Assembly: GCA_036271555.1 (NCBI GenBank)
Contig: DATBAK010000084.1
Coordinates: 15,053 to 79,052 of the forward strand
Reading direction: 5' to 3'
DNA from: Acidimicrobiia bacterium
GTDB taxonomy: Bacteria; Actinomycetota; Acidimicrobiia; IMCC26256; PALSA-610
Length of the DNA: 64,000 nt
The position numbers were made by a program, and so were the translations under genes. Position 1 is the first letter of the stretch. Each line of letters starts with the position of its first letter. Shown one piece after another: positions 53,757 to 62,389 of this stretch. Below the pieces are notes generated by a model that was not told where the DNA came from, did no database searches, and saw nothing but the letters and a program-made list of their open reading frames with translations.

Positions 53757-54412
53757 TGGCGACGAAGCTCACGGCCCAGGAGACGAAGGAAATGCTCCTG
53801 GCGACCGCGAAGGAGATGATCGCCAAGGGTCTCGTGGAGGGCACGGCCGGCAATTTGTCGGCACGTTTGCCCGACGGAAACGCAGTACTCACGCCGTCGT
53901 CGCTCGCGTACGAGACGATGACGCTCGACGACCTCGTCGTGTGCGACCTCGACGGCAACGTCCTCGAAGGCACGCGCAACCCGACGACCGAGAAGGCGTT
54001 GCATCTCGGGTGCCTGCGGAAGCACGAGGACATCAACGCCGTCATTCATTCGCACGCGATGCACTGCACGATGTTCGCGGTCACGCACCAACCGATCCCG
54101 TGTGTGATCGAGGAGTTCGACGTGTACGTCGGCGGTGACGTGCCGGTCGCGAACTACAAGGTCACCGGCTCGGACGACCTCGGTGAAGAGGTCTCGAACT
54201 GGGTCGCCGACCGCGCCGCGGTGTTGATGGCGAACCACGGGCTTCTGACCGTCGGCAAGGACCCGCAGGACGCGCTGAAGATCGCGATGCTGGTCGAGCG
54301 CACGGCGCGGATCATCTGGGGAGCCAAGTTCATCGGCGAGCTCGTGCCGTTGCCGGATTCGACGATGAAGAAGTTCGCACCGATCTACAAGTTCCTCCGC
54401 TCCCAGGGCTGA
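53756..54412 (+). CDS. class II aldolase/adducin family protein
   Basis: GTAGNLSAR, HSHAMHCT and ANHGLLTVG. The ATG overlaps the upstream TGA by 1 nt. Confidence 0.85.
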   Translation: MATKLTAQETKEMLLATAKEMIAKGLVEGTAGNLSARLPDGNAVLTPSSLAYETMTLDDLVVCDLDGNVLEGTRNPTTEKALHLGCLRKHEDINAVIHSHAMHCTMFAVTHQPIPCVIEEFDVYVGGDVPVANYKVTGSDDLGEEVSNWVADRAAVLMANHGLLTVGKDPQDALKIAMLVERTARIIWGAKFIGELVPLPDSTMKKFAPIYKFLRSQG

Positions 54413-54474
54413 GCCGCACCGCCGCGGCTCCGTCGGCCGCACGACCGGTCGCGCCGCCGACCAGGGCTTTCTCG

Positions 54475-54524
54475 GATCTGATCGAGAAAAGTGACGCCCG
54501 CGCGTCACCCAACTCGATCAGTTC
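54475..54524. repeat. palindromic repeat family B, copy B4
   Basis: GATCTGATCGAG-aaaaGTGACGCccgCGCGTCACccaa-CTCGATCAGTTC. The right arm overlaps the last codons and the stop of the convergent O-methyltransferase gene. Confidence 0.7.
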
Positions 54525-55183
54525 GCAGACCGCTTGCGGAGGAGGGTGAGGCCGTCGGAGACGGGGAGCATGACGGCGTCGACGCGGGGATCGCTCGCGA
54601 CCAGATCGTTGAACGCGCGGATCGCGACCGCGTTGTCGCTCTGATCCGAGTCGTCGACGACGCGCCCGCTCCACAACACGTTGTCGACCATCAACAACCC
54701 GTTCGGCCGCAGCCTCCGAACCAGCTGTTCGAAGTAGGCCGGGTAGTTCGGCTTGTCGGCGTCGATGAACGCGATGTCGATCGTCTCCTCTTCCGGCAAC
54801 TTCGACAACGTGTCGACCGCGGGCGCGATCACGAGATCGATCCGGTCCGCGACACCCGCGCGTTCCCAATGCGCGCGCCCGATCGACGTCCACTCCTCGC
54901 TCACGTCGCAACACAACAACCGGCCGCCCCGGACCAACCCGCGCGCGATGCACAGCGCGGAGTAGCCGGTGAACGTCCCGACCTCGACGGCCGAACGCGC
55001 CCCCACCAACTGCGTGAGCATCGTCATGAACGCGCCCTGCTCGGGCGCGATCTGCATCCCCGACACCGCTCCCAACGACGCGGTCGCCTCGATCAGCGAC
55101 TGCTGAATCGTGTCTGGCCGTTGCCCGTGATCGAGCAGGTACTCGTGGATCTCGGGCGATAGGAAGAACGACTTCGGGCTCAT
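54518..55183 (-). CDS. class I SAM-dependent O-methyltransferase (caffeoyl-CoA OMT-like, family 3)
   Basis: ATG at 55183. Contains VEVGTFTGYSALC, FIDADKPNY and DNVLWSG. The ORF-track start at 55378 is rejected. Confidence 0.85.
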   Translation of the reverse strand: MSPKSFFLSPEIHEYLLDHGQRPDTIQQSLIEATASLGAVSGMQIAPEQGAFMTMLTQLVGARSAVEVGTFTGYSALCIARGLVRGGRLLCCDVSEEWTSIGRAHWERAGVADRIDLVIAPAVDTLSKLPEEETIDIAFIDADKPNYPAYFEQLVRRLRPNGLLMVDNVLWSGRVVDDSDQSDNAVAIRAFNDLVASDPRVDAVMLPVSDGLTLLRKRSAN

Positions 55184-55397
55184 TTCCGCACCGTACACAG
55201 GAACGCAGGAGTCGACGCGTGCACGTCGCACGCACCTCACGCCGGCCTCGAGGCAGTTGTGGTGCGCGCTGCCCACTCTTCCTGGCGGGACCTCGCAGGT
55301 TGCGGTCCGCGACGAGAAACGACTTCGGAGGTCGCGTCGCAGGCACGCTCGGAAGCCGAAGCCGGCGTCACCACGCAACGCAAACCTCTCTGCGTAG

Positions 55398-55427
55398 CTG
55401 ACACGAACGTCAGTCAGCGTTTACCAT
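55398..55427 (+). promoter_or_regulatory. candidate promoter (-35 CTGACA, -10 TACCAT) overlapping a shared operator-like box CTGACACGAACGTCAG
   Basis: The box lies at 55398-55413. TACCAT at 55422-55427 sits 18 nt after CTGACA and about 47 nt upstream of the GTG at 55474. The same 15-mer recurs at 62326-62340. Confidence 0.35.
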
Positions 55428-55473
55428 CCCGACACCCGCAGGCCCGGGGGGCCGCCTGCAATCCGGAGACCGC

Positions 55474-57693
55474 GTGACCGATCTGCAATCAGCCGGCCAG
55501 CCCGAGGGCAGCGCCGCTTCGCTCGCCGCCACCGTGCTCGACGAGGAGGCCGCCCGCCAGGCGGCCCAGGCTCGCGCCAAGGAACAGATCATCTTCCCGG
55601 ACGACCTGCTTCCCGGCGTCAATTCCGAGCCGATCGATTTCAAGGACGCGTTCGCCAAGGGCGGCGTCTTCATGTTCGTGGTGCTGGGCCTGCTGATCTC
55701 CCTCGACCAGCTCACCCTGAACGCGGTCCAGACGCTCGAGCCCGAGCTGCGCTCGACGTTCCACATCAGCAGCGGCTCGGTCGTGTTCATCACGTCGGCG
55801 TCGAGCCTCTTCTACGCGCTGGGCGCGGTCCCGATGGGTTGGCTCGCCGACCGGATGAAGCGGGTGCCGATCGTCGCGTGCGCGAGCCTGGTGGCGGCGC
55901 TCTGCACGTTCCTCTCCGGACTGGCCGGCAGCGCGTTCGTCTTCTTCTGGATCGTCTGCGCCACCGGCATCGCGAAGGCGGACGGCATCGCGGTACACCA
56001 GCCGCTCCTGGCCGACAACTATCCGATCGGCATCCGGGCTCGGATGTCGGCCGCCCTGAACATCGGCCAGCAGGTGCTCGGGAACATCAGCCCGGTACTC
56101 GTCGGCGCGATCGCAACCTGGGTCGGAGGCAAGGAAGGCTGGCGCTGGGCGTTCTTCGTGCTCGGCATTCCGGGCGGCATCGTCGCGATCGCAGCGTTCT
56201 TCATGCGTGAGCCCCCGCGCGGACAGTACGAGAAGGACGACGTCCTCGGCGAGGTCATCGAGGACGAGAACCCGATGCAGCCGTCGATGGAGGCCGCGTT
56301 CGCGAGGCTGAAGAAGATCGCCACGGTGCGCACGTCGATCGCCGCGTTCGCGGCGCTCGGTTTCGGAATCTTCGCGCTCGGCAGCCTGCAGGTGCTCTAC
56401 CTGAACGACACGCTGCACGTCACCAACACGTTGCACCGCGGATTCATCCTCAGTCTGGCCGGCTGGTCCGCGGTCCCGTTCCTCTATCCGGTCGGCCGCT
56501 ACTTCGACCGCACCTACCGGAAGAATCCGGCGAAGGCGCTCACGCTCGTCGGGCTGCTCATCCTGCCGTCCGCGCTGTTCACGCCGTTGCAGGTGTCGAC
56601 GCACAGCACGACGATGTTCGTCATCTGGGGCATCCCGCAGGCGGTGCTCACGGCGTGCGCGTTCGCGATGGTCACGCCGGTGCTGCAGGCCGTGTGCCCG
56701 TACCGGCTCCGCGGGCTCGGGATCGCGATGGGCGTGATGTACATCGTGTTCATCGGCGGATTCGGCGGCGCGATCCTCGCCGACTTCTTCACCAACTCTT
56801 TCGGTGTGCGCACGACCGTGTTCATCCTCCTGGTGCCGACCAGCATCATCGGCAGCCTCCTCCTGATGAACGGCGCCCGGTTCATCCGCCACGACCTCTC
56901 GCTCGTCGTCGAGGAACTCCTCGAAGAACAAGAGGAGCAACGCAAGCGCTCGGTCGAAGGCGCCAGCACTCCGGTGCTGCAAATGGTCAACACCGACTTC
57001 TCCTACGGTCCCGTACAGGTCCTGTTCGACGTCAACTTCGAGATCCATCGCGGTGAATGCGTCGCCCTGCTCGGCACGAACGGCGCGGGCAAGTCGACGA
57101 TTCTGCGCTGCATCAGCGGGCTCGAGGTGCCCGAGCGTGGAGTCCTGCGACTCCACGGTCGCAACATCACGTTCGTCGCCCCGGAGCAACGCGTGAAGCA
57201 CGGGATCGTGCAGCTTCCCGGCGGGAAGGGCGTGTTCCCCAGCCTCACGGTCATGCAGAACCTCACCGTCGCGGCGCGGCTACGCGGCGGCACGAGTGAC
57301 GAGCTCGAGGCCCGCATCGCGAACGTGCTCGAACTGTTCCCCGAGCTCGCCGAACGGCCCAAGCAGCAGGCGCGGAGTCTCTCCGGCGGCCAGCAGCAGA
57401 TGCTCGCACTCAGCCGGGCGCTGATGCAGGAGCCCGAGATCCTCTTGATCGACGAGCTCTCGCTCGGCCTCGCGCCCGTCATCGTCCAGCGGCTGCTCGA
57501 GCTCGTCGACCAGCTCCGCGCCCGCGGCCAGACCATGATCATCGTCGAACAGTCGTTGAACGTCGCCCTCGCGATCTCCGACCGGGCCATCTTCCTGGAA
57601 AAGGGTCAGGTCAAGTTCGAAGGTGACGCACAGGAGCTCATGGAGCGCGACGACCTCGCCCGCGCGGTCTTCTTCGGCACCGAAGGCGGCTGA
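55474..57693 (+). CDS. chimeric MFS-transporter domain fused to LivF-type ABC ATPase
   Basis: Residues ~60-470 contain about 12 hydrophobic helices and MFS motif A (GWLADRMKRVP). An acidic linker follows (EELLEEQEEQRKR). The C-terminal NBD has Walker A GTNGAGKST, signature LSGGQQQM and Walker B LLIDELSLGLAP (LivF-like). Confidence 0.8.
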   Translation: MTDLQSAGQPEGSAASLAATVLDEEAARQAAQARAKEQIIFPDDLLPGVNSEPIDFKDAFAKGGVFMFVVLGLLISLDQLTLNAVQTLEPELRSTFHISSGSVVFITSASSLFYALGAVPMGWLADRMKRVPIVACASLVAALCTFLSGLAGSAFVFFWIVCATGIAKADGIAVHQPLLADNYPIGIRARMSAALNIGQQVLGNISPVLVGAIATWVGGKEGWRWAFFVLGIPGGIVAIAAFFMREPPRGQYEKDDVLGEVIEDENPMQPSMEAAFARLKKIATVRTSIAAFAALGFGIFALGSLQVLYLNDTLHVTNTLHRGFILSLAGWSAVPFLYPVGRYFDRTYRKNPAKALTLVGLLILPSALFTPLQVSTHSTTMFVIWGIPQAVLTACAFAMVTPVLQAVCPYRLRGLGIAMGVMYIVFIGGFGGAILADFFTNSFGVRTTVFILLVPTSIIGSLLLMNGARFIRHDLSLVVEELLEEQEEQRKRSVEGASTPVLQMVNTDFSYGPVQVLFDVNFEIHRGECVALLGTNGAGKSTILRCISGLEVPERGVLRLHGRNITFVAPEQRVKHGIVQLPGGKGVFPSLTVMQNLTVAARLRGGTSDELEARIANVLELFPELAERPKQQARSLSGGQQQMLALSRALMQEPEILLIDELSLGLAPVIVQRLLELVDQLRARGQTMIIVEQSLNVALAISDRAIFLEKGQVKFEGDAQELMERDDLARAVFFGTEGG

Positions 57694-60600
57694 TGCTCGC
57701 CTCGTTCTTCCAGCCTCAGATCACGACTGCAAACCTGCTGTTCATCGGCGTGGTGCAGGGGTTGATCATCTCGGTGCTCGCAATGGCAATCGTGCTGATC
57801 TACCGGTCGACGCGCATCATCAACTTTGCAGTCGCCGACATCGGCCTCCCCGCGGCCGCGCTCCTCGCGGTCATGGTCGTCAATTCGCACTTCCCGTATT
57901 GGCTCGCCTTCACGCTCGCGCTGCTCACCACCACGGCCGCCGGCGCCGTGATCGAGATGGTGGTCATCCGGCGGCTCGCGAAGGCGCCCCGCGTCATCGT
58001 GCTCGTTGCAACCATCGGCGTCGCCGAACTCATGCAGGCGGTCGTGCGCACGCTGCCCGAATACCAGGCCGGAAGGTTCCAGACGACCTTCCCGACGCCC
58101 ATGAGCTCGCAATGGACGATCTCGTCGCTCTTCCATCTCAGCGTCGCCGGCGTCCACCTGCAGATGACGAACATCGTGGTCACCGGTCCGCAGGTCCTCG
58201 CGCTGATCGTCGTACCGATCGTGACGGTCGGGCTGTGGTGGCTCCTCGGCCACACCGTCTTCGGTGAATCGGTCCGTGCCTCGGCGACCAATCCCGACCT
58301 CGCGCGTCTCACGGGCATCAGCCCGAAGCTGATGTCGACCGCGATCTGGACGATCGGGGGACTGCTGTCGGGCGTCGCGCTCGTGCTCTACGCGACACAG
58401 AGCGGCACGACCGACCTCGTGCAAGTCGGTCCGGAGACGTTGTTGCTCGCGCTGACGGCGGCGTTGATCGGCGGCATGACGTCGTTCCCGCGCACCGTTG
58501 CCGGCGCGGTCGGCGTCGGCCTGCTCTATCAAGTGCTGCTGTACAACTTCCCGAACACACCGGGCCTGGTCGAGTTCGTGCTGTTCATCCTCGTGCTGGC
58601 TCTCGTCGCCCGCATCAGCCGAGCCGACGCGACGACCACCGACACCTTCTCCTTCGCGCCACGCGTGCCTCCCGTGCCCGAACACCTCCGCGAGCTGTGG
58701 TGGGTACGGCGCATGCCCAACCTCGTGGCATGGATCGCGCTCGCCGTCGCGATCGTCGTTCCGCTCGTCACCACGTCGTCGGCGCACCATCAGGCGTACG
58801 CCTTGATCCTGGCGACCGCGATCATCACGGTCTCGGTCACCGTGCTCACCGGCTGGGCCGGTCAGCTCTCGCTCGGGCAGGCCGCGTTCGCCGGCGTGGG
58901 CGCGCTGATCGCGGGCACGCTCGTGCGCGGTGCGACGCTCAACATCGGCTTCCGCTCACACCGGCTCGCCGCCGGCGCGGTGCGTCCGTTTCCGATGGCC
59001 GCCGGCTTGCTCCTCGTCGTGCTCGCGGCGGTCGCGATCAGCACCACCGTGGCGCGGCGCCGCAGCAGGCGAGTCCGCGCGATCGCGGCCTCGGCGGCGG
59101 TGCTCTGCATCGCGGTCGGCGCGGTCGTGTTCCCGGCCGCCATCGACCGATCCGGCACCGTGCACCGCGTGCCGTTCGTCCTCGCGTTGTTCCTCGGCGG
59201 CGCGGTCAGCAGCATCTTTGCCGCCGCGGTCGGCATCGGCGCGCTCCGTGTGCGCGGGCTCCTGCTCGCGATCAGCACGATGGCCTTCGCGATCGCAGCC
59301 GAGGTGTACATCTTCCCCCGCCCGCTCTTCGTCGGCCTGGAAGGCTCGACGAGCGGCGAGCTCGACCGGGGCAAGCTGGGACCGGTCGACCTGACGTTCC
59401 ACAACCGCGCGTACTACTACTTCGCGCTCGGCGTCCTGGTGCTCGTGCTCCTACTGGTCGGGCACCTGCGGCGAACGGGCATCGGCCGCGCGATCGTCGG
59501 CGTCCGCGAGAACGAGGCGGGAGCGGCTGCGTTCACCGTGTCGCCGACGCGAGCGAAGCTCACGTCGTTCGCGGTCGCCGGCTTCGTCGCGGGACTCGGC
59601 GGCGGTGTCCTCGCGGGAGCAGTCCAGAACTTCGACTACACGAACGCGTTCTTTCGCGTCGAAGACTCCCTCTCCCTCGTCGCCATCGCCGTGATCGGCG
59701 GCCTGGGCAGCCTGGCCGGCGCGGTGACGGGCGCGTTGTGGGTCGTCGGCCTTCCGCTGTTCTGGCCGAAGAACGACACGGTGGAGTTGCTCACCTCGAG
59801 CATCGGACTGCTCATCGTGTTGCTCTACGTCCCGGGTGGCTTCACCCAGCTCGGGTACGCCGCGCGCGGCCACATCCTGCGCTGGGTCGAGCAGCGATTG
59901 CCCGAGCGGCCGGCGAAGACCGTCACGGCCCCACCGGTCTCGCTCTCGGTGCGCGCGACCACCCCCCCGCCGACGAACGGTGACGGCAGCGCGCTGCGCA
60001 CGATCGGGCTCGACGTCGAGTTCGACGGCATCGTCGCGGTGAACAATGTCGACTTCCACGCCATGCCGGGAGAGGTGATCGGCCTCATCGGCACGAACGG
60101 CGCGGGCAAGTCCACGCTCTTGAACGCGATCGGCGGCTACGTGCCGAGTCGGGGCAAGGTCGAACTGCTCGGCGGCGACGTCTCGGGACACGCGGCGTAC
60201 CTCCGTGCCCGGGCCGGGCTCGGCCGCACGTTCCAGGCCGCGACGTTGTTCCCCGAGCTGACGGTCCGCGAGACCGTGCAACTGGCGCTCGAAGCGCGCG
60301 GGCGCACATCGTTCTGGGGCTCGTTGCTGTTCTATCCCGGGTCGATCGCCAAGGAGCGCACGCGGCGCGCCGAGGCCTCCGAGCTCATCGACTTCCTCGG
60401 GCTCGGCCGCTACGCCGACCGGTTCATCGTCGAGCTCTCGACGGGCACTCGTCGCATCGTCGAGCTGACGTCGATGCTCGCGGTGCGTCCCCGCGTCATC
60501 TGCCTCGACGAGCCGACGGCCGGTGTTGCGCAGCGCGAGGCCGAGGCGTTCGGACCGCTCATCAAGCGGATCCAGAACGAGCTCGAGGCGACGCTCATCG

Positions 60601-60791
60601 TCGTCGAGCACGACCTGCCGCTCATCATGTCGATCAGTGACCGCATCTACTGCCTGGAGGCAGGCGGCGTGATCGCGCACGGCGAGCCCGAGACGGTTCG
60701 TTCGAACCCCCTCGTCGTCGCGTCGTACCTCGGTACCGACGACCGCGCGATCCAGCGCTCGAACGCCGACGCGAACCCGGCGACCGTGTAG
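57693..60791 (+). CDS. triple fusion LivH-like permease / LivM-like permease / LivG-like ABC ATPase
   Basis: The ATG overlaps the upstream TGA (TGATG). The first ~300 aa are LivH-like (GVVQGLIISVLAMAIVLIY). The middle ~400 aa are LivM-like (TGWAGQLSLGQAAFAGVGA). The C-terminal NBD has Walker A GTNGAGKST, an atypical signature LSTGT, and Walker B VICLDEPTAGV. Confidence 0.85.
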   Translation: MLASFFQPQITTANLLFIGVVQGLIISVLAMAIVLIYRSTRIINFAVADIGLPAAALLAVMVVNSHFPYWLAFTLALLTTTAAGAVIEMVVIRRLAKAPRVIVLVATIGVAELMQAVVRTLPEYQAGRFQTTFPTPMSSQWTISSLFHLSVAGVHLQMTNIVVTGPQVLALIVVPIVTVGLWWLLGHTVFGESVRASATNPDLARLTGISPKLMSTAIWTIGGLLSGVALVLYATQSGTTDLVQVGPETLLLALTAALIGGMTSFPRTVAGAVGVGLLYQVLLYNFPNTPGLVEFVLFILVLALVARISRADATTTDTFSFAPRVPPVPEHLRELWWVRRMPNLVAWIALAVAIVVPLVTTSSAHHQAYALILATAIITVSVTVLTGWAGQLSLGQAAFAGVGALIAGTLVRGATLNIGFRSHRLAAGAVRPFPMAAGLLLVVLAAVAISTTVARRRSRRVRAIAASAAVLCIAVGAVVFPAAIDRSGTVHRVPFVLALFLGGAVSSIFAAAVGIGALRVRGLLLAISTMAFAIAAEVYIFPRPLFVGLEGSTSGELDRGKLGPVDLTFHNRAYYYFALGVLVLVLLLVGHLRRTGIGRAIVGVRENEAGAAAFTVSPTRAKLTSFAVAGFVAGLGGGVLAGAVQNFDYTNAFFRVEDSLSLVAIAVIGGLGSLAGAVTGALWVVGLPLFWPKNDTVELLTSSIGLLIVLLYVPGGFTQLGYAARGHILRWVEQRLPERPAKTVTAPPVSLSVRATTPPPTNGDGSALRTIGLDVEFDGIVAVNNVDFHAMPGEVIGLIGTNGAGKSTLLNAIGGYVPSRGKVELLGGDVSGHAAYLRARAGLGRTFQAATLFPELTVRETVQLALEARGRTSFWGSLLFYPGSIAKERTRRAEASELIDFLGLGRYADRFIVELSTGTRRIVELTSMLAVRPRVICLDEPTAGVAQREAEAFGPLIKRIQNELEATLIVVEHDLPLIMSISDRIYCLEAGGVIAHGEPETVRSNPLVVASYLGTDDRAIQRSNADANPATV

Positions 60792-60827
60792 GTCGGGCGC
60801 CGGGTTCCGTTCGTACGAGGACGTGTC

Positions 60828-62285
60828 CTACTTGGACAGGTTCTCGTACGGGGTCAGCGGCTTCCAGTTGCCGTTCGGCGGCAGCGCCGAGTCGAACTGC
60901 TGCAGCTGGAAGGTGTCGTCGTCGTCGTACTTGCCCTGCGACAACGACGCGTACGGGCCGCCGCCGCGGTTGACGATCGGGCCGAACGAATTGACGGCGG
61001 CAACCCAGTTGGGCACGTTCACGTACTGGCCCGTCTTGGCGACGATCTCGGCGAACGTCGAGATCATCTGACACGCGTCGTTGATGGTGTTGTAGGTCTC
61101 GTCGGTGTACTCCTTGCCGCCGACCTTGACCTTGCGAACGGTCAGGGGTCCGGGCGGGGTCCTGCCGGTCGCGGCCTTGTAGATCCCGGAGCAGTACTTC
61201 CAGTTGTCGCTCTTCGCGTAGTCCGCGGCCGCAAAGCCCCCGGCGATATACATGTCCTGGTACGGGTTCGGGTCCATGCCGGCCTTGGTCTCGTCCTGCC
61301 CCTGCGCCAGCGCGTCGCCCGTGTCGGTCATCAGCATCACGCCCGGCAGCTGCTTCGTCACCTTCTCGACGAACTGCTTCGTCACGGTGTTCTCGCCCGT
61401 GACGAAGATCGCATTGACCCCTTCGGACTTCCACCGCTGGATGAAGCTGTCGAGCTGCGACTGCGCCGCGGTCGTGTCGGCACCGTTGATCGTGAGGTAC
61501 GCGGTGGTTCCCGTCGCGACGCCGGTCTTCTTGATCGCCGGCAGCACGGCCGCCTTCACCGACACCTGGGAGGTCTGGTCCGCCAGCACCGCGAGCTTCT
61601 TCCCCTTGAGGAGGTGCTGCTTCTGCAACAGCTCGAACAGCACGCCCGACGATCGCTCCGGTGTCGTGCCCGGGAAGATCAACATCGCCGGTGGAACCTG
61701 ACCGATCATCGCCTGAGTCACGTCGAACGTGATGAGGGGAGTGTTCTTCTTCTTCGCGATGCACGTGTGGATCGCATCGTCCTGGGCCGCGTCACTCAGG
61801 TTGCCGAGGACCGCGAAGACCTTGTCGTCGTCGGTGAAGTGGGTGCAGATCTGCACGAGGAGGTCGCTCGTCGAGGTGAGCGGGCATTCGGTGTTGAAGT
61901 CGGCGACCAGCTTGCGGCCGTTGATGCCGCCGCCCTTGTTCACCGCGTCGACGAAGTCCTGATAGATCGCTTGCTGGTTCGGACGCGTGAAGTCGATGAA
62001 CTGCTGGATGCACTTGAAGTCGATCAGCGAGATGCCGATCTTGATCGAGTCTGCGGTCACGCCCGAACCGAGCGTCTTCGACGTGACGCTCGGCGAGTTC
62101 GTTCCGGGCTTGGCGCCCGTCCCGGCCTTCGAGCCACTGCTCCCGCACGCGGCGAGGATCATCGCCGCGATGACGACGACCAGGACGCCTCGGCTCCAAC
62201 GGGTCTGACGCGGGAACTCACGTTGACCAGCGTCGCCCGGCACCCGACGACCGCGTCCCTGACCACGTCGCTGTGCTTCACGCAT
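60828..62285 (-). CDS. ABC transporter substrate-binding lipoprotein (LivJ / Peripla_BP_6-like)
   Basis: ATG at 62285 follows GGGGGG. Has a lipobox (ILAACGSS) and a type I periplasmic-binding fold pattern (IKIGISL..., VFAVLGN..., KLAVLADQ...). It is convergent with the permease gene. Confidence 0.8.
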   Translation of the reverse strand: MREAQRRGQGRGRRVPGDAGQREFPRQTRWSRGVLVVVIAAMILAACGSSGSKAGTGAKPGTNSPSVTSKTLGSGVTADSIKIGISLIDFKCIQQFIDFTRPNQQAIYQDFVDAVNKGGGINGRKLVADFNTECPLTSTSDLLVQICTHFTDDDKVFAVLGNLSDAAQDDAIHTCIAKKKNTPLITFDVTQAMIGQVPPAMLIFPGTTPERSSGVLFELLQKQHLLKGKKLAVLADQTSQVSVKAAVLPAIKKTGVATGTTAYLTINGADTTAAQSQLDSFIQRWKSEGVNAIFVTGENTVTKQFVEKVTKQLPGVMLMTDTGDALAQGQDETKAGMDPNPYQDMYIAGGFAAADYAKSDNWKYCSGIYKAATGRTPPGPLTVRKVKVGGKEYTDETYNTINDACQMISTFAEIVAKTGQYVNVPNWVAAVNSFGPIVNRGGGPYASLSQGKYDDDDTFQLQQFDSALPPNGNWKPLTPYENLSK

Positions 62286-62319
62286 CTCAGAACCCCCCGG
62301 TTCGGCGCCCTCGCCGCGC

Positions 62320-62349
62320 ACTCTATGACACGAACGTCAGCAAAGTCAC
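62320..62349 (-). promoter_or_regulatory. candidate promoter (-35 GTGACT, -10 TAGAGT) with the shared box in its spacer
   Basis: Minus strand reads GTGACT-TTGCTGACGTTCGTGTCA-TAGAGT. The plus-strand 15-mer TGACACGAACGTCAG (62326-62340) is identical to 55399-55413. It lies about 35 nt upstream of the ATG at 62285. Confidence 0.35.
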
Positions 62350-62389
62350 CACCCTCTCGCTCGCTCGCTCGCGCTGGCGTGCGCTTCCC

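Noticed and set aside
55184-55473. 290-nt divergent spacer upstream of the MFS-ABC gene examined for a riboswitch or leader peptide
   Set aside because: Several short GC hairpins are present (for example GCAGGC...GCCTGC just before the RBS), but I recognised no known riboswitch consensus. It would need a covariance-model scan (Rfam/Infernal) to decide.
62341-62389. CTCGCTCGCTCGCTCGCGCTGG...GTGCGACC stretch considered as a seventh copy of repeat family A
   Set aside because: It shares only the GCGAGCG-type low complexity and the terminal GCGACC. The alignment to the 27-nt core is too poor to call by eye.
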